From the NCBI GenBank assembly GCA_963753435.1, contig CAVWCF010000001.1, forward strand, positions 608,001-672,000: a stretch of 64,000 bases of DNA, read 5' to 3'. The first letter of the stretch is position 1. Each line of letters opens with the position of its first letter. The notes under the pieces were generated by a model. That model was given only the letters and a program-made list of their open reading frames with translations. It ran no database searches and had not been told where the DNA came from. Made by a program: the position numbers and the translations under genes. Source of the stretch: an uncultured Actinomycetota bacterium. Its GTDB lineage: Bacteria; Actinomycetota; Actinomycetes; CAVWCF01. This document shows positions 41,911-52,274 of the stretch, piece by piece.

Positions 41911-44096
41911 GATTTGTCCAAGAACTCGGCGCGCTCACCGAGCAGTCTCTCGACCGCCGCGGCCACCTCCGGGTGCCATGTGAGTTCCGGGTCAGCGGCG
42001 ACCAGATCGGTCGCTTCCGCCCGGGCGCGAGCGATGAGTTCCCCATCGCGCAGCACCGAGACGAGCCGCAACGAGGACCTGCGCCCCGATTGCGCCTGCC
42101 CCAGCACATCGCCTTCGCGGCGTTCCGCCAGGTCCACGGCCGCCAGCTCAAACCCATCCAGGGTCGCGGCCACTGCGTCCAGGCGCCGTCGCGCGGCCTC
42201 GCCGGGCCGGCGAGTGAGCAGCAGACACAGCCCGGCATGGCCACCGCGGCCAACCCGGCCGCGCAACTGGTGCAACTGGCTGACGCCGAACCGATCCGCA
42301 TCCAGGACCACCATCACCGTTGCGTTCGGAACGTCGACACCGACCTCGATGACCGTGGTGGCCACTAGCACGTCCAGGGCACCGGCGACGAAGTCACGCA
42401 TTACCGAGTCCTTCTCGTCAGCGCTGAGACGCCCGTGCAACAGGCCCAGCCGCAAACCGGCCAACGGTCCTGCACGCAATTGCTCGTACGCGGCGAGGAC
42501 GGACGCAGCCGGCACGGCGGCATCGGCCCCGTCAGCGTCCGCAGGACTATCGGCGGCGCCCGCACCTTCCAGGTAGACGTCCTCAGGTTCGTCCGCACCG
42601 ATGCGTGGGGCAACGACGAACGCCTGCCGACCGGCGCGCACCTCCTCAACTACCCGCTGCCAAACCCGTTCCGCGTGACGTGGTTGCTCCGCCTCGTCCA
42701 CAACATGGGTGGCGATGGGCGATCGGCCCGCCGGCAACTCTGCGAGCGTGGACACATCCAGGTCACCGAAGACCGTCATCGCCACCGTGCGCGGGATGGG
42801 GGTCGCGGTCATGACCAGAACATGCGGCGGGCTGGCCGCTTTGGCACGCAGGGCCTCTCGTTGTTCGACTCCGAAGCGGTGCTGCTCGTCGATCACCACC
42901 AAGCCCAAGTCGGCGAACTCCACCTGCTCGGTGAACAGCGCGTGGGTGCCGACCACGATCCCCGCTCGCCCGTCGCGAATGTCGGCGTATGTGTCCCGAC
43001 GGGCGGAACCCGTCAGGGAACCGGTGAGGAGTCCCACCGAGGTCGCCCCCTCGGCCGCACCCAACGTGCCCGCCTGACCCAGCGGACCCAAAAGGTCGCG
43101 CAAACCGCGCGCGTGCTGGGCAGCGAGGACCTCGGTCGGAGCCAGGAGCGCGGCCTGCCCGCCTGAGTCCACTACGGCCAGCATCGCGCGCAGGGCCACG
43201 ACCGTCTTTCCGGACCCCACCTCCCCCTGCAGCAGGCGGTGCATCGGGTGCGGTCGGGACAGGTCCTGCTCGATCTCGGCGCTGACCGCCCGCTGGCCGG
43301 TGGTCAGTTCGAACGGCAACGACTCGTCGAAGGCGGCCAGCAAGCCGTCGTCGCGGTAGGGCCGAGCGACGGCCGCGGTGGCCGCGGTGGCAGCGCGACG
43401 CTGCGCGATCACCACCTGAGCCGCGAATGCCTCGTCGAAGGCGAGTCGTTCCCGGCCCCGCTCCGGATCCCCCGGTTCTTCGGGTTGATGCACCATGCGG
43501 ATGGCGTCGGCCCAACCGGGCAGGCCCTGGCGGGAACGCACCTCGGCCGGCAACGGGTCATTCAGATCGGGAAGGACCGCCAACGCCATCCGCACGCACT
43601 TGGCAACTCGCCAACTGGGTAGTCGGGAGCTGGCCGGATACAGCGGCACCAAAGCCCTGCTGAAGGCCTCGGCGTCGGTGTCGTCCTCGGCGTCCAGCAT
43701 CAGATAGTCCGGATGGGTCAGTTGCCGCTTGCCCTGGTAGCGGGTGACCTTGCCGGAGAACAGTCCCCGGGCCCCGACGCGCAGGTCCTTCTCCCGCCAG
43801 TTCTGGTTGAAGAAGGACAGGGACAAGGAGCCGCTACCGTCGGTGACGACCACCTCCAGCAGACTCCCCCGCCGCCGCTGCATCCGACGCGAATGCACCT
43901 TCGCCACCTCGGCCATCACCGTCACCTGCTCGTCGATCGGCAACTCACCGAGGTTGGACAACTCCCCGCGCCGCGCATAGCGGCGGGGAAGATGCAGCAG
44001 CAGATCCCCGACGGTCTCGATGCCCAATGCGTCGGCCAGCACGACCCCGGTGCGGTCCCCAACCACCGACGAGGCGCGCGCGTCGAACTGCGTCAC
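41907..44096 (-). CDS. recG: ATP-dependent DNA helicase RecG
   Basis: RLLQGEVGSGKT, DEQHRFGV, MTATPIPRT, TTVIEVGVDVPNAT, QLHQLRGRVGRG. Confidence 0.97.
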   Translation of the reverse strand: MTQFDARASSVVGDRTGVVLADALGIETVGDLLLHLPRRYARRGELSNLGELPIDEQVTVMAEVAKVHSRRMQRRRGSLLEVVVTDGSGSLSLSFFNQNWREKDLRVGARGLFSGKVTRYQGKRQLTHPDYLMLDAEDDTDAEAFSRALVPLYPASSRLPSWRVAKCVRMALAVLPDLNDPLPAEVRSRQGLPGWADAIRMVHQPEEPGDPERGRERLAFDEAFAAQVVIAQRRAATAATAAVARPYRDDGLLAAFDESLPFELTTGQRAVSAEIEQDLSRPHPMHRLLQGEVGSGKTVVALRAMLAVVDSGGQAALLAPTEVLAAQHARGLRDLLGPLGQAGTLGAAEGATSVGLLTGSLTGSARRDTYADIRDGRAGIVVGTHALFTEQVEFADLGLVVIDEQHRFGVEQREALRAKAASPPHVLVMTATPIPRTVAMTVFGDLDVSTLAELPAGRSPIATHVVDEAEQPRHAERVWQRVVEEVRAGRQAFVVAPRIGADEPEDVYLEGAGAADSPADADGADAAVPAASVLAAYEQLRAGPLAGLRLGLLHGRLSADEKDSVMRDFVAGALDVLVATTVIEVGVDVPNATVMVVLDADRFGVSQLHQLRGRVGRGGHAGLCLLLTRRPGEAARRRLDAVAATLDGFELAAVDLAERREGDVLGQAQSGRRSSLRLVSVLRDGELIARARAEATDLVAADPELTWHPEVAAAVERLLGERAEFLDKS

Positions 44097-45652
44097 TCCA
44101 CTCCTACCAGCACCGGGTAGTGCGGCTGCCCCCCGACCAGCACCTCGACGTCGACCTCCGGGTGGGTCTGGCGAACATGCCGGTTCAGCACGTCGACCAA
44201 CTGCTCTGGCGCGTCGGCGCCCAGCATCAGCGTGACCAACTCCCCGCCGTTGACCAGAAGTCGGTCCAGGACCTCAACAGCCACTTCTTCGACGTTGCCG
44301 CCGATGACGGCTATGTCCCGGTTGACCAAGCCCAACACGTCGCCGGGGCGGCAGACCCCGGCGCTCGTCAACGCCTCGCGCACCGCGGTGGTCACGGCAC
44401 CGGTGCGGGTCGCTTGGGCGGCGGCAGCCATCTGCACCACCGCCACGTCGAAAGGAGCCTGCCGGTCGTGCACGGCAAGGGCGGACACCACTTGCAGCGG
44501 GGACAACGTGGGCAGTACCGCGACCCGGATACCGGCGGCTCGCGCCTCGGCCGCGGCCGCCTCCGCCACCGGGACGGAGTCCGGATCGTCCGGCAACAAC
44601 ATGACTTCCTCGGATCCGGACTCAGTAATCGCGGTCAGTAGGTCCCGGGTTGCCGGTCGGCGCCCCTCCTCGTGGGACACGACCTGAGCCCCGCATTCAG
44701 TGAGCAGAACGGCCAACTCTGAGCCGGCCGCGATCGCCACCGCTGATCGCGGATGCGGCTGCGACGGGGTGCGCTGACTCTCGAAATGGGTGATTCGGAT
44801 GCGATGCGGCCGCCCGGCGCGCACACCCACCTCGACCGCAGCGCCAGGCTCGTCGGTGTGCACGTGCACGTTCCACAACCCGTCCCCACCGACCACGAGG
44901 AGCGAATCGCCCAACGCGTCCAACTCAGCGCGCAAGGTCGGCATGTCCTCGTCCTTGGCGTCCAGCAGGTACATCACCTCAAACGCCGGCCCCTGCAACG
45001 GCAGATCGGCGACCACGGCCTCGGGCCGCCGCACCGACACCGGCCGACTGACCGTCTCCCCGGTGACCACGGCGAGCAGGGCATCAAGCACTTCGGTGAC
45101 CCCACGGCCACCGGCGTCGACGACCCCGGCGCGGGCCAGCACCTCGAGTTGTTCGGGGGTACGTTCCAGCGCCTCCCGGGCGGCCCGACTGGCGGCACGC
45201 ACCACGTCCGACATCGACCCTTCCACCGACTCGACGGCGTCAGCGGCCGCGCGCATCACCGTGAGCATCGTGCCCTCAACCGGATGCGCTACCGCCTCGT
45301 ACCCGGCCTGAGCTGCCCGTCGCAACACCCGACGCAACTGGTCCACGGTGACCGGCGGAGCCATCTCCTCGGCTGCACCGTGCAGCATCTGACTCAGAAT
45401 CACGCCGCTGTTGCCCCGGGCACCCAGCAGTGCCCCGCGCGCCAGCATGCGCGCCGTCTCGGGCAACTCCTCGCTCACCGACGCTGCCGCCTCTTGGGCG
45501 GATTCCCAAGTCAAGAACAGGTTGGTCCCGGTGTCTCCGTCCGGTACCGGGTAGACATTGAGCGCATCGATTTCGGCCCGGCACTGCGCCAGGGCGTCCA
45601 AGGCGGCGTCGGCCCAGCGCCGCACCAGCCGCGCGTCCAGCACCTCCGACAC
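44093..45652 (-). CDS. DAK2-domain fatty-acid-kinase-like protein (YloV/FakA family)
   Basis: [52 protein letters not shown]; GTG 45652 with GGGAGG SD. Confidence 0.92.
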   Translation of the reverse strand: MSEVLDARLVRRWADAALDALAQCRAEIDALNVYPVPDGDTGTNLFLTWESAQEAAASVSEELPETARMLARGALLGARGNSGVILSQMLHGAAEEMAPPVTVDQLRRVLRRAAQAGYEAVAHPVEGTMLTVMRAAADAVESVEGSMSDVVRAASRAAREALERTPEQLEVLARAGVVDAGGRGVTEVLDALLAVVTGETVSRPVSVRRPEAVVADLPLQGPAFEVMYLLDAKDEDMPTLRAELDALGDSLLVVGGDGLWNVHVHTDEPGAAVEVGVRAGRPHRIRITHFESQRTPSQPHPRSAVAIAAGSELAVLLTECGAQVVSHEEGRRPATRDLLTAITESGSEEVMLLPDDPDSVPVAEAAAAEARAAGIRVAVLPTLSPLQVVSALAVHDRQAPFDVAVVQMAAAAQATRTGAVTTAVREALTSAGVCRPGDVLGLVNRDIAVIGGNVEEVAVEVLDRLLVNGGELVTLMLGADAPEQLVDVLNRHVRQTHPEVDVEVLVGGQPHYPVLVGVE

Positions 45653-45792
45653 CGCACACCTCCCGTGAGCCGAGCCTAGGCGGCCGGAGCGGCAACGAGC
45701 GCGAGGTTTGGGCTCGTGCGCGAGTGTCGGGTACTCTCGGGCTCCGCCCGGCGTACCGGGCCCATCCTGTCCCACCTCAAGGAGTACCGACC

Positions 45793-45978
45793 ATGGCTGC
45801 CAACTGCGACGTCTGCGGCAAGGGCCCCGGTTTCGGGAACTCCATTTCGCACTCCCACCGCCGCACTTCCCGGCGCTGGAACCCCAACATCCAGCGGGTG
45901 CGGGCCACGGTAAATGGCAGCCCGCGCCGCCTGAACGTCTGCACCTCCTGCCTGAAGGCCGGCAAGGTCACTCGCTGA
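45793..45978 (+). CDS. rpmB: 50S ribosomal protein L28
   Basis: [34 protein letters not shown]...[10 protein letters not shown]; AAGGAG SD. Confidence 0.96.
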   Translation: MAANCDVCGKGPGFGNSISHSHRRTSRRWNPNIQRVRATVNGSPRRLNVCTSCLKAGKVTR

Positions 45979-46015
45979 TTCACCGCCGACGCGCGTCGTC
46001 GGCGAACTCCTGCCG

Positions 46016-46984
46016 CTAGCCGGCGAAGTGGTCGTACCCGACTGCCCCCAAGTCGGACCGCCCTAGAACTGTGACGCCGGCACCCGCGGCCACCTGACCA
46101 ACGACCAGCCAGCCTTCGGGTACCGATCCGGGCGGGAAGGTCGCGGCGAGCGCGTGGTCTTCACCGCCGGTGAGCAGGAAGTCCATCGGGTCAACACCAA
46201 GCGCCGCGGCCGCGTCAGCCAGCGCGGCATCAACCTCCAAGACCTGCGGGTCCACGACGATGGCGACTCCGCTCGCGGCGGCCACGTGCCCCAGGTCCGC
46301 CAACAGGCCGTCGCTGACGTCACACATTGCCGTGGCGCCCGACATCGCTGCGGTGACGCCGGCGGCGTACGGCGGCTGCGGCCGCCGGTGCGCGTCCACC
46401 AGCGTGCGCGGGGACCGAAATCCTCGGCGCAGCAGCGCGAGCCCCGCGGCGGCCCGGCCCAATTGCCCGCAGACCGCCACCTGGTCCCCTACCGACGCCC
46501 CTGCGCGGGTGACCGGCTCGCGGCCGTCGAGTTCGCCGATCGCGGCAACCGACACCGTGACTACCGGAGACCGGGCCATGTCGCCGCCGACCACGACGGC
46601 GCCGACGCCGGCCGCCTCATCACGAAGTCCGTCGGCAAGCGACAACACCCATTCGACGGGCAGCTCCGGCGGCATCCCGAGCCCAACTACCAGACCGGAG
46701 CCGCGCGCCCCCATCGCAGCTACGTCGGCGAGGTTGGCCGCGGCCGCCTTGCGGCCGACGTCGTAGGCCTGCGACCAGTCCCGGCGGAAGTGGACGCCCT
46801 CAACCAACATGTCCGTGGTGACCACGCACCGGCCATCGGGCATGGCGACAACGGCCGCATCGTCCCCCGGCGCCACCAGCACGTGCGCGGCATCCACGCC
46901 GCGCAGCCGTTCGGCCACCTGCTCGATGAGGCCGAACTCCCCAATGTCGGCGACTGCGGCCTCAGGTCCCTTAGCCGATCCGAT
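46016..46984 (-). CDS. thiL: Thiamine-monophosphate kinase
   Basis: GEFGLI (upstream of the ORF-track start), PGDDAA, VEGVHF, NLADVAAMG, DVSDGL, GGEDH; probable ATC start at 46984. Confidence 0.92.
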   Translation of the reverse strand: MGSAKGPEAAVADIGEFGLIEQVAERLRGVDAAHVLVAPGDDAAVVAMPDGRCVVTTDMLVEGVHFRRDWSQAYDVGRKAAAANLADVAAMGARGSGLVVGLGMPPELPVEWVLSLADGLRDEAAGVGAVVVGGDMARSPVVTVSVAAIGELDGREPVTRAGASVGDQVAVCGQLGRAAAGLALLRRGFRSPRTLVDAHRRPQPPYAAGVTAAMSGATAMCDVSDGLLADLGHVAAASGVAIVVDPQVLEVDAALADAAAALGVDPMDFLLTGGEDHALAATFPPGSVPEGWLVVGQVAAGAGVTVLGRSDLGAVGYDHFAG

Positions 46985-47080
46985 TGCGTCCTCCCCTGCT
47001 CGTCGCCGCCGCTGTGGCGCTAGCCTCTACCTCGCTGGTGTTGCTCACCTGAGCGCACCGTACGGCCCGAAGGGACGATC

Positions 47081-47314
47081 GTGGTTCAGGCCTACATCCT
47101 CATCCAGACAGAGGTGGGAAAGGCGGCCAACGTCGCTTCGGCCATCGCCGAGATCCAGGGCGTGATCATGGCCGAGGACGTGACCGGTCCATACGACGTC
47201 ATCGTGCGCGCCGAAGCGGACGATGTCGACGACTTGGGCCGACTGGTTGTCGCCCGCGTACAGATGGTCGACGGCATCACCAGGACGCTGACCTGCCCGG
47301 TCGTCCGCATCTGA
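47081..47314 (+). CDS. Stand-alone Lrp/AsnC ligand-binding (RAM) domain protein
   Basis: MVQAYILIQTEVGK...EDVTGPYDVIV...GITRTLTCPVV. Confidence 0.88.
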   Translation: MVQAYILIQTEVGKAANVASAIAEIQGVIMAEDVTGPYDVIVRAEADDVDDLGRLVVARVQMVDGITRTLTCPVVRI

Positions 47315-47346
47315 AGCAGCCAGCAGGTGCGCGTAGCAGCCTGACG

Positions 47347-47799
47347 GTGACTCGCCTGTTCGCCGCGGCCCTGGCCGCGGCCGGCGTGCTCGCCGGCTGC
47401 AGCACGGCCCTCGAGGTCGCGCCGCCGAGTGCGGATCCGGAAGCCGGCGCAGCCTGCCAAGACCTAGCCGCCGCACTTCCCGAGGCGGTCGCGTTCCAGG
47501 ACTCCAGGCCGACTGAGCCGGACTCCGAGCTGACTAGCGCATGGGGCGATCCCGCAATCGTCTTGCGGTGCGGCGTGGGTGTCCCGGACGCCTTGACCGC
47601 GACGTCGCAACTGATCACGGTTGATGGGGTTGATTGGTTCCCGCAGGAGTTGACGGCCGGGTATCGGTTCACGACTACCGGCCGTGCGGCCAACGTCGAA
47701 GTATCGGTACCCGACGACTACGCGCCGGAGGCCGAGGTATTGGTTGACCTGGCGGAAGCGGTCGGCGACACCGTGCCGCTGATCAGCGCAGCACCGTGA
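47347..47799 (+). CDS. DUF3515-like lipoprotein
   Basis: LAGC lipobox; C..L..ALP, AWGDPAIVLRCGV, VDGVDW. Confidence 0.8.
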   Translation: MTRLFAAALAAAGVLAGCSTALEVAPPSADPEAGAACQDLAAALPEAVAFQDSRPTEPDSELTSAWGDPAIVLRCGVGVPDALTATSQLITVDGVDWFPQELTAGYRFTTTGRAANVEVSVPDDYAPEAEVLVDLAEAVGDTVPLISAAP

Positions 47800-48835
47800 G
47801 GGGACGCTCAAGGGCCGCGCCAATCAGCCGCTTTACGAGCGTTTCGTAGTCGACTCCGCTGTGCTGCCACAGCAACGGGAACATGGATGCCGGCGTGAAC
47901 CCCGGCATCGTGTTGACCTCGTTCACCACGATCTCGTCGCCGTCCACGAAGAAGTCGACGCGGGCCAAACCCTCACAACCCAGAGCCTCGAACGCAGTCA
48001 GAGCCAGTCGGCGAACGCGGTCGGCGACGGCTGGCGGCAGTTCCGCCGGCACCACCAAGCGTGCCGCCTCAGACAGATACTTGGACTCGAAGTCGTAGAA
48101 GGACTCCCCGCCGACCTCGATCTCGCCGGGGACCGACGCCTGCGGCTTCGGATCGGCAAGCACCCCGCATTCGATCTCGCGTCCGGGCACGGCTGCTTCG
48201 ACGATCACCCGACTGTCGAACCCCAACGCCGTCTCGATGGCGGCACCGATCTCGGAATCGGCGGTGACCCTGGTGATCCCGAGGCTGGATCCCCCGCGCG
48301 AAGGCTTGACGAACAAGGTGGCACCGAGCTTGGACAGCCGCTCCAGGACCGCGCCTGGGTCGGCGTGCCACTGAGTCGCCGTCAGGGGCTCCCAGGGGCC
48401 GACCGGAAGCCCGGCGGCGGCCAGCAGGGTCTTCATGACGATCTTGTCCATCGCCGCCGCGCTTGCCAGCACACCAGACCCCACGTACCGGTGCGCAGTC
48501 ACCTCCAGTAGACCTTGGATCGTGCCGTCCTCGCCGTAGGGGCCGTGCAGGAGTGGGAAGACAACATCCACGTCGGCCAGCGCCGCGACCGGCCCGGCAC
48601 TCGCGTCGGCGGCGTCCCGATCGGCAACCTCCGGCAAGGCGCTGCGGCTGAGCTCCACTAAGGGATCGGCGATGCGGACCCAGTCACCGGACCGGGAGAT
48701 GCCGATTGCCACGATGTCGAAGTCGGCCGGGCCCATCGCTTCGATCACGCACCTGGCGCTGATGCAGGAGATGGAGTGTTCGCTGCTGCGGCCCCCAAAG
48801 AGCACCGCAACGCGGGTACGAGCGACCGTGGACAT
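47783..48835 (-). CDS. ddl: D-alanine--D-alanine ligase
   Basis: FGGRSSEHSIS, LHGPYGEDGTIQG, GSSLG, GREIEC, YDFESKY, RVDFF, NEVNTMPGFT; ATG 48835. Confidence 0.96.
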   Translation of the reverse strand: MSTVARTRVAVLFGGRSSEHSISCISARCVIEAMGPADFDIVAIGISRSGDWVRIADPLVELSRSALPEVADRDAADASAGPVAALADVDVVFPLLHGPYGEDGTIQGLLEVTAHRYVGSGVLASAAAMDKIVMKTLLAAAGLPVGPWEPLTATQWHADPGAVLERLSKLGATLFVKPSRGGSSLGITRVTADSEIGAAIETALGFDSRVIVEAAVPGREIECGVLADPKPQASVPGEIEVGGESFYDFESKYLSEAARLVVPAELPPAVADRVRRLALTAFEALGCEGLARVDFFVDGDEIVVNEVNTMPGFTPASMFPLLWQHSGVDYETLVKRLIGAALERPLTVLR

Positions 48836-48865
48836 CGCCCAGACCCTACTGGCCACGTGTTACGT

Positions 48866-49867
48866 CTAGACGGCTTCGGGCTTGGCCTGCCGAGCCATCA
48901 GATCGGCCAGCGCCTGCCTCGGGTTGACTCCCTCATGAACTACCCGGACCACCTCAGCCGTGATCGGCATCTCCACCTGATGGGCTGCGGCCAGTTCGTG
49001 GATCGGCTGGCAGGACTTCACACCTTCGGATGTCTGCTTGGTGATGGCCTCCACCTCGGCCACCGACAGCCCGCGTCCGAGGTTCTCGCCGAAAGTGCGG
49101 TTGCGGGAAAGCGATGACGAGCACGTGGCGATCAGGTCACCAACCCCGGCCAGGCCCATGAACGTGGCCAGGTCAGCGCCCAGGGCCAGCCCCAACCGGG
49201 TCATCTCGGCCAGGCCGCGGGTGATCAGCGATGCCTGCGTGTTGTCTCCGAAACCCATGCCGGCGGCCATCCCCGTTGCCAGCGCCACAACGTTCTTGAT
49301 CGAGCCGGCCAATTCGGTACCGACCAAGTCGGTGTTGGTGTACGGGCGGAAGTAGGACGTGAAGCACGAGCGCTGAATGGCATCCGCCGTCGATTGGCTG
49401 GCGCTGGCGATGACGGTCGCTGCCGGCTGTCGTTGGGCGATCTCGCGGGCGAGGTTGGGGCCAGACAAGGCCGCCAACCGATCCGGCTCGATCTCGGCCA
49501 CCTCGGCGATGACCTCGGTCATCCGGAGCATGGTCCCCCACTCGATGCCTTTCATCAGGCTGAGCACGGGGGCGTCGGTCGGGATGTACTGCCCCCAGGC
49601 GCTCAGGTTGCTGCGCAGCGCCTGGGCCGGCACCGCGACCACCACCAGTTCCGCATCAGCAAGTGCTTGGGTGGCGTCGGTGCTCGCCCGGATCGATGCG
49701 GGCAACTCGATCCCCGGGTGGTAGTCGGGGTTGCCCCGGCCGGTGTTTATGGACTCGACCACCTGCTCATTGATGCCCCATACCGTCACGGTCGCGCCGG
49801 CGTCGGCCAGAACCATCGCGAAGGCCGTTCCCCACGAGCCACTACCCATAACGGTGCACTTGGTCAT
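48866..49867 (-). CDS. gpsA: NAD(P)H-dependent glycerol-3-phosphate dehydrogenase
   Basis: GSGSWGTA, KGIE, SGPNLARE, KNVVALA, GLAGVGDL.ATC.S..SRN. Confidence 0.95.
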   Translation of the reverse strand: MTKCTVMGSGSWGTAFAMVLADAGATVTVWGINEQVVESINTGRGNPDYHPGIELPASIRASTDATQALADAELVVVAVPAQALRSNLSAWGQYIPTDAPVLSLMKGIEWGTMLRMTEVIAEVAEIEPDRLAALSGPNLAREIAQRQPAATVIASASQSTADAIQRSCFTSYFRPYTNTDLVGTELAGSIKNVVALATGMAAGMGFGDNTQASLITRGLAEMTRLGLALGADLATFMGLAGVGDLIATCSSSLSRNRTFGENLGRGLSVAEVEAITKQTSEGVKSCQPIHELAAAHQVEMPITAEVVRVVHEGVNPRQALADLMARQAKPEAV

Positions 49868-49877
49868 CGCGAACTCC

Positions 49878-50651
49878 TCATCGGGTCTTCCTTCGCCGTT
49901 GGCGTTTACGCGGGTCCCCATACTCCGCGAGGCCAGCGGCGCGCGGATCGAATCGTTGCGCTGGGGCCGGCTCACCGCGAATCCCCGCCAGCAGGTCGGT
50001 GATGGCGGACATGATCCGATTTGTGGCCTCGCGCACTGCCTCTGGCTCACCTGCAGCGGAGTGCAGGTCCGCTAGGGCAACGGCCGGACCCGCCGCCAAC
50101 TGGACCGGGGTTCGCGGCACCAGTCGCAACCTCTTGGAGTAGGGCGGGAGCAGATTCTGCGGCCCCCACTGCGCGACTGGGATGACCGGGGCCCCGGTCG
50201 CCAGGGCTATCCGCGCGGCACCAGTCTTTCCCCGCATCGGCCACTCATCCGGATCTCGGGTCAGCGTGCCCTCCGGATAGACGACCAGACACTCGCCGGC
50301 TCGCACGGCCGCCAAGGCACTGCGCAGCGCGTCCCCGGCGTCGGCAGCCCCGCGGTGGACCGGGATCTGGCCCGCCCCAGAGAGAACCTGGCCGACCACC
50401 GGAGCCTCGAACAGACTGTCCTTGGCCAGGTAGCGCACGGCCCGCCCGGTCTCATTGAGGAAATGCGCCAGTGTGAGGGGGTCGATGTGCGAAACGTGAT
50501 TGGCGGCAATCACCACCCCGCCTCCGGACGGGATGTGCTCCTGCCCGGACCAGGTCCGGATGGTCATCGAGGCGATCAACGGCGTGAGGATCCCGTCTGC
50601 GGTCCGGTACCAGCCGGAGCGGTACCCCGCTTGTGACCGAACCTGCCGCAT
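49878..50651 (-). CDS. 1-acyl-sn-glycerol-3-phosphate acyltransferase family protein
   Basis: NHVSHID (HxxxxD), LAKDSLF, YPEGT, KTGAARIA. Confidence 0.9.
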   Translation of the reverse strand: MRQVRSQAGYRSGWYRTADGILTPLIASMTIRTWSGQEHIPSGGGVVIAANHVSHIDPLTLAHFLNETGRAVRYLAKDSLFEAPVVGQVLSGAGQIPVHRGAADAGDALRSALAAVRAGECLVVYPEGTLTRDPDEWPMRGKTGAARIALATGAPVIPVAQWGPQNLLPPYSKRLRLVPRTPVQLAAGPAVALADLHSAAGEPEAVREATNRIMSAITDLLAGIRGEPAPAQRFDPRAAGLAEYGDPRKRQRRRKTR

Positions 50652-50712
50652 GAGTTTCATCTTGCCGCAGTCCGGTCGCACGCGCTGTTGACTCCGCTGA
50701 CAGGATCGGAAT

Positions 50713-51330
50713 GTGGATCCGGTTTCGATCGTCGTCCCGGTGAAGCGCTTCCGGCACGCGAAATCCCGCCTGATCGAGCAACCCCACCGGGCCGAGTTCG
50801 CGATGGCCCTGGCCCAGGACACTGTGGCGGCGGCGCTCGCAGCCGAGTCGGTGGTCGTCGTCGTGGTCACTGACGAGCCCGAAGCACGGCGGCGACTGGC
50901 CGAAATGGGCGCAGTCGTGGTGCCGGATGTTCCAGACGCCGGCCTCAACCCCGCCCTCGCCCACGGCGCCGCCCAGGTCGACTCCGGGAGTTGGGTGGGT
51001 GCGCTGTCCAGCGACCTGCCTGCGCTGCGAACCATCGAGTTGACCGAGGCGCTGCAGCGGGCGCAGGCAACTGCCACTCGCGGCTATGTCCCAGACAGGT
51101 CCGGCATCGGCACCACCCTGCTGCTGGCACCGCCAGGAATGGACCTGGCCCCGGACTTCGGGGTCGGTTCAGCCCGCCGGCACGCGCATTCCGGCGCAGT
51201 TGCCGTTGGTGCGGATCTACCGTCACTTCGCACCGACGTCGACACCTGGGCGGACATGGAGGTTGCGGCGGAGTTGGGACTCGGCCCCCATACGCGACAG
51301 GTCCTCAACCAGTGGCGCAGGCGCGGCTAA
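50713..51330 (+). CDS. cofC: F420 biosynthesis guanylyltransferase CofC/FbiD
   Basis: VVPVK...AKSRL, GLNPAL, DLPAL, GTTLL, FG.GSA..H, LRTDVDT..D. Confidence 0.9.
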   Translation: MDPVSIVVPVKRFRHAKSRLIEQPHRAEFAMALAQDTVAAALAAESVVVVVVTDEPEARRRLAEMGAVVVPDVPDAGLNPALAHGAAQVDSGSWVGALSSDLPALRTIELTEALQRAQATATRGYVPDRSGIGTTLLLAPPGMDLAPDFGVGSARRHAHSGAVAVGADLPSLRTDVDTWADMEVAAELGLGPHTRQVLNQWRRRG

Positions 51331-51339
51331 CCTGCCGGG

Positions 51340-51576
51340 GTGGACGCTGACGCGGAAGTCGGTACGGCCAACCGGACCGAGCAGGGAACAGTTCGCAGTT
51401 TCGACGAGAGGACCCGCGCCGGTTCGGTGTACACCGACGACGGATTCGAGCACTCATTCGCCGCTACGGCGCTGAGCAACCGCATCCGCCACCTGCGCTT
51501 CGGGCAACGGGTCCGGATCGAACTTGCCGACGACCGCGTCGTCCGCCTGCAGATCGTGACGCTGCCCGACGATTGA
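51340..51576 (+). CDS. Small cold-shock/OB-fold-like protein
   Basis: QGTVRSFDE.TR.GSV.TDDG...F...LR.GQRV; TAACCT -10 lies 6 nt before the GTG. Confidence 0.7.
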   Translation: MDADAEVGTANRTEQGTVRSFDERTRAGSVYTDDGFEHSFAATALSNRIRHLRFGQRVRIELADDRVVRLQIVTLPDD

Positions 51577-51593
51577 GCGCGAATTGAATGCTG

Positions 51594-51626
51594 AGGGGGC
51601 CTGGACGCTATGCGCCCAGGCCCCCT
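51594..51626. terminator. Hairpin between convergent genes (probable bidirectional terminator)
   Basis: AGGGGGCCTGG-N11-CCAGGCCCCCT. Confidence 0.75.
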
Positions 51627-51637
51627 AAACGTGTTCG

Positions 51638-52147
51638 TCAGCGCTTGCGCGCCGGAGCCTTCTTCGCAGTGGACTTCTTGGCTGCACTCTTCTTGGCCGG
51701 AGCCTTCTTGGCCGGGGCCTTCTTCGCAGTGGACTTCTTGGCCGGAGCCTTCTTGGCCGGGGCCTTCTTCGCAGTGGACTTCGTGGCCGGGGCCTTCTTC
51801 GTGCCCGTTGCCTTGCTCGCCGCCTTCTTGGCCGCGCTGGACGCACTGGCGGCCGCCTGCTTCGGCAGCTTCTTGGCACCGCTCACGTAGGCCTTGAGGT
51901 CCGCGCCGGCCTTGAACTTCGGCACCGAGGTGGCCTTGATCTTCATGGGCTTGCCGGTGAACGGGTTGATGCCCTGGCGCGCAGCCCGCTCGGCCTTCTC
52001 GAAGGCACCGAAGCCGGTGATCACGACCTTCTCACCCGAAGCAATGGCCCGCGTGATGATGTCGGTGGTGTGCTCCAGCGCTTCCTGGGCCGCCTTCTTG
52101 CTGCCCAGGCGTTCGGCCAGAGCGTCGATGAGCTCGGACTTGTTCAC
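51638..52147 (-). CDS. hup: HU DNA-binding protein with Lys/Ala/Pro-rich tail (HupB/HupS-like)
   Basis: [37 protein letters not shown], followed by (PAKK)n. Confidence 0.93.
   Translation of the reverse strand: MNKSELIDALAERLGSKKAAQEALEHTTDIITRAIASGEKVVITGFGAFEKAERAARQGINPFTGKPMKIKATSVPKFKAGADLKAYVSGAKKLPKQAAASASSAAKKAASKATGTKKAPATKSTAKKAPAKKAPAKKSTAKKAPAKKAPAKKSAAKKSTAKKAPARKR
51650..51800 (-). repeat. Coding [10 protein letters not shown] tandem repeats
   Basis: cttcttggccgg(a/g)gc and cttcttcgcagtgga 15-nt units. Confidence 0.85.
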
Positions 52148-52274
52148 TAGTTCCCCTTCAGGTGCGGTCGGGCGGTCGCCCGACAGCCGCCCACGCTAGG
52201 CGCTCCCGCACCCTTGAGCAAGCAGCGGCGTGTCGAGAAAACCGCTACTACAAGGACCTTTTCGCTAACTGGGG

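Noticed and set aside
46918-46984. thiL or rnc as 5'-truncated pseudogenes
   Set aside because: Frames are open and conserved motifs are intact; non-canonical starts explain them better.
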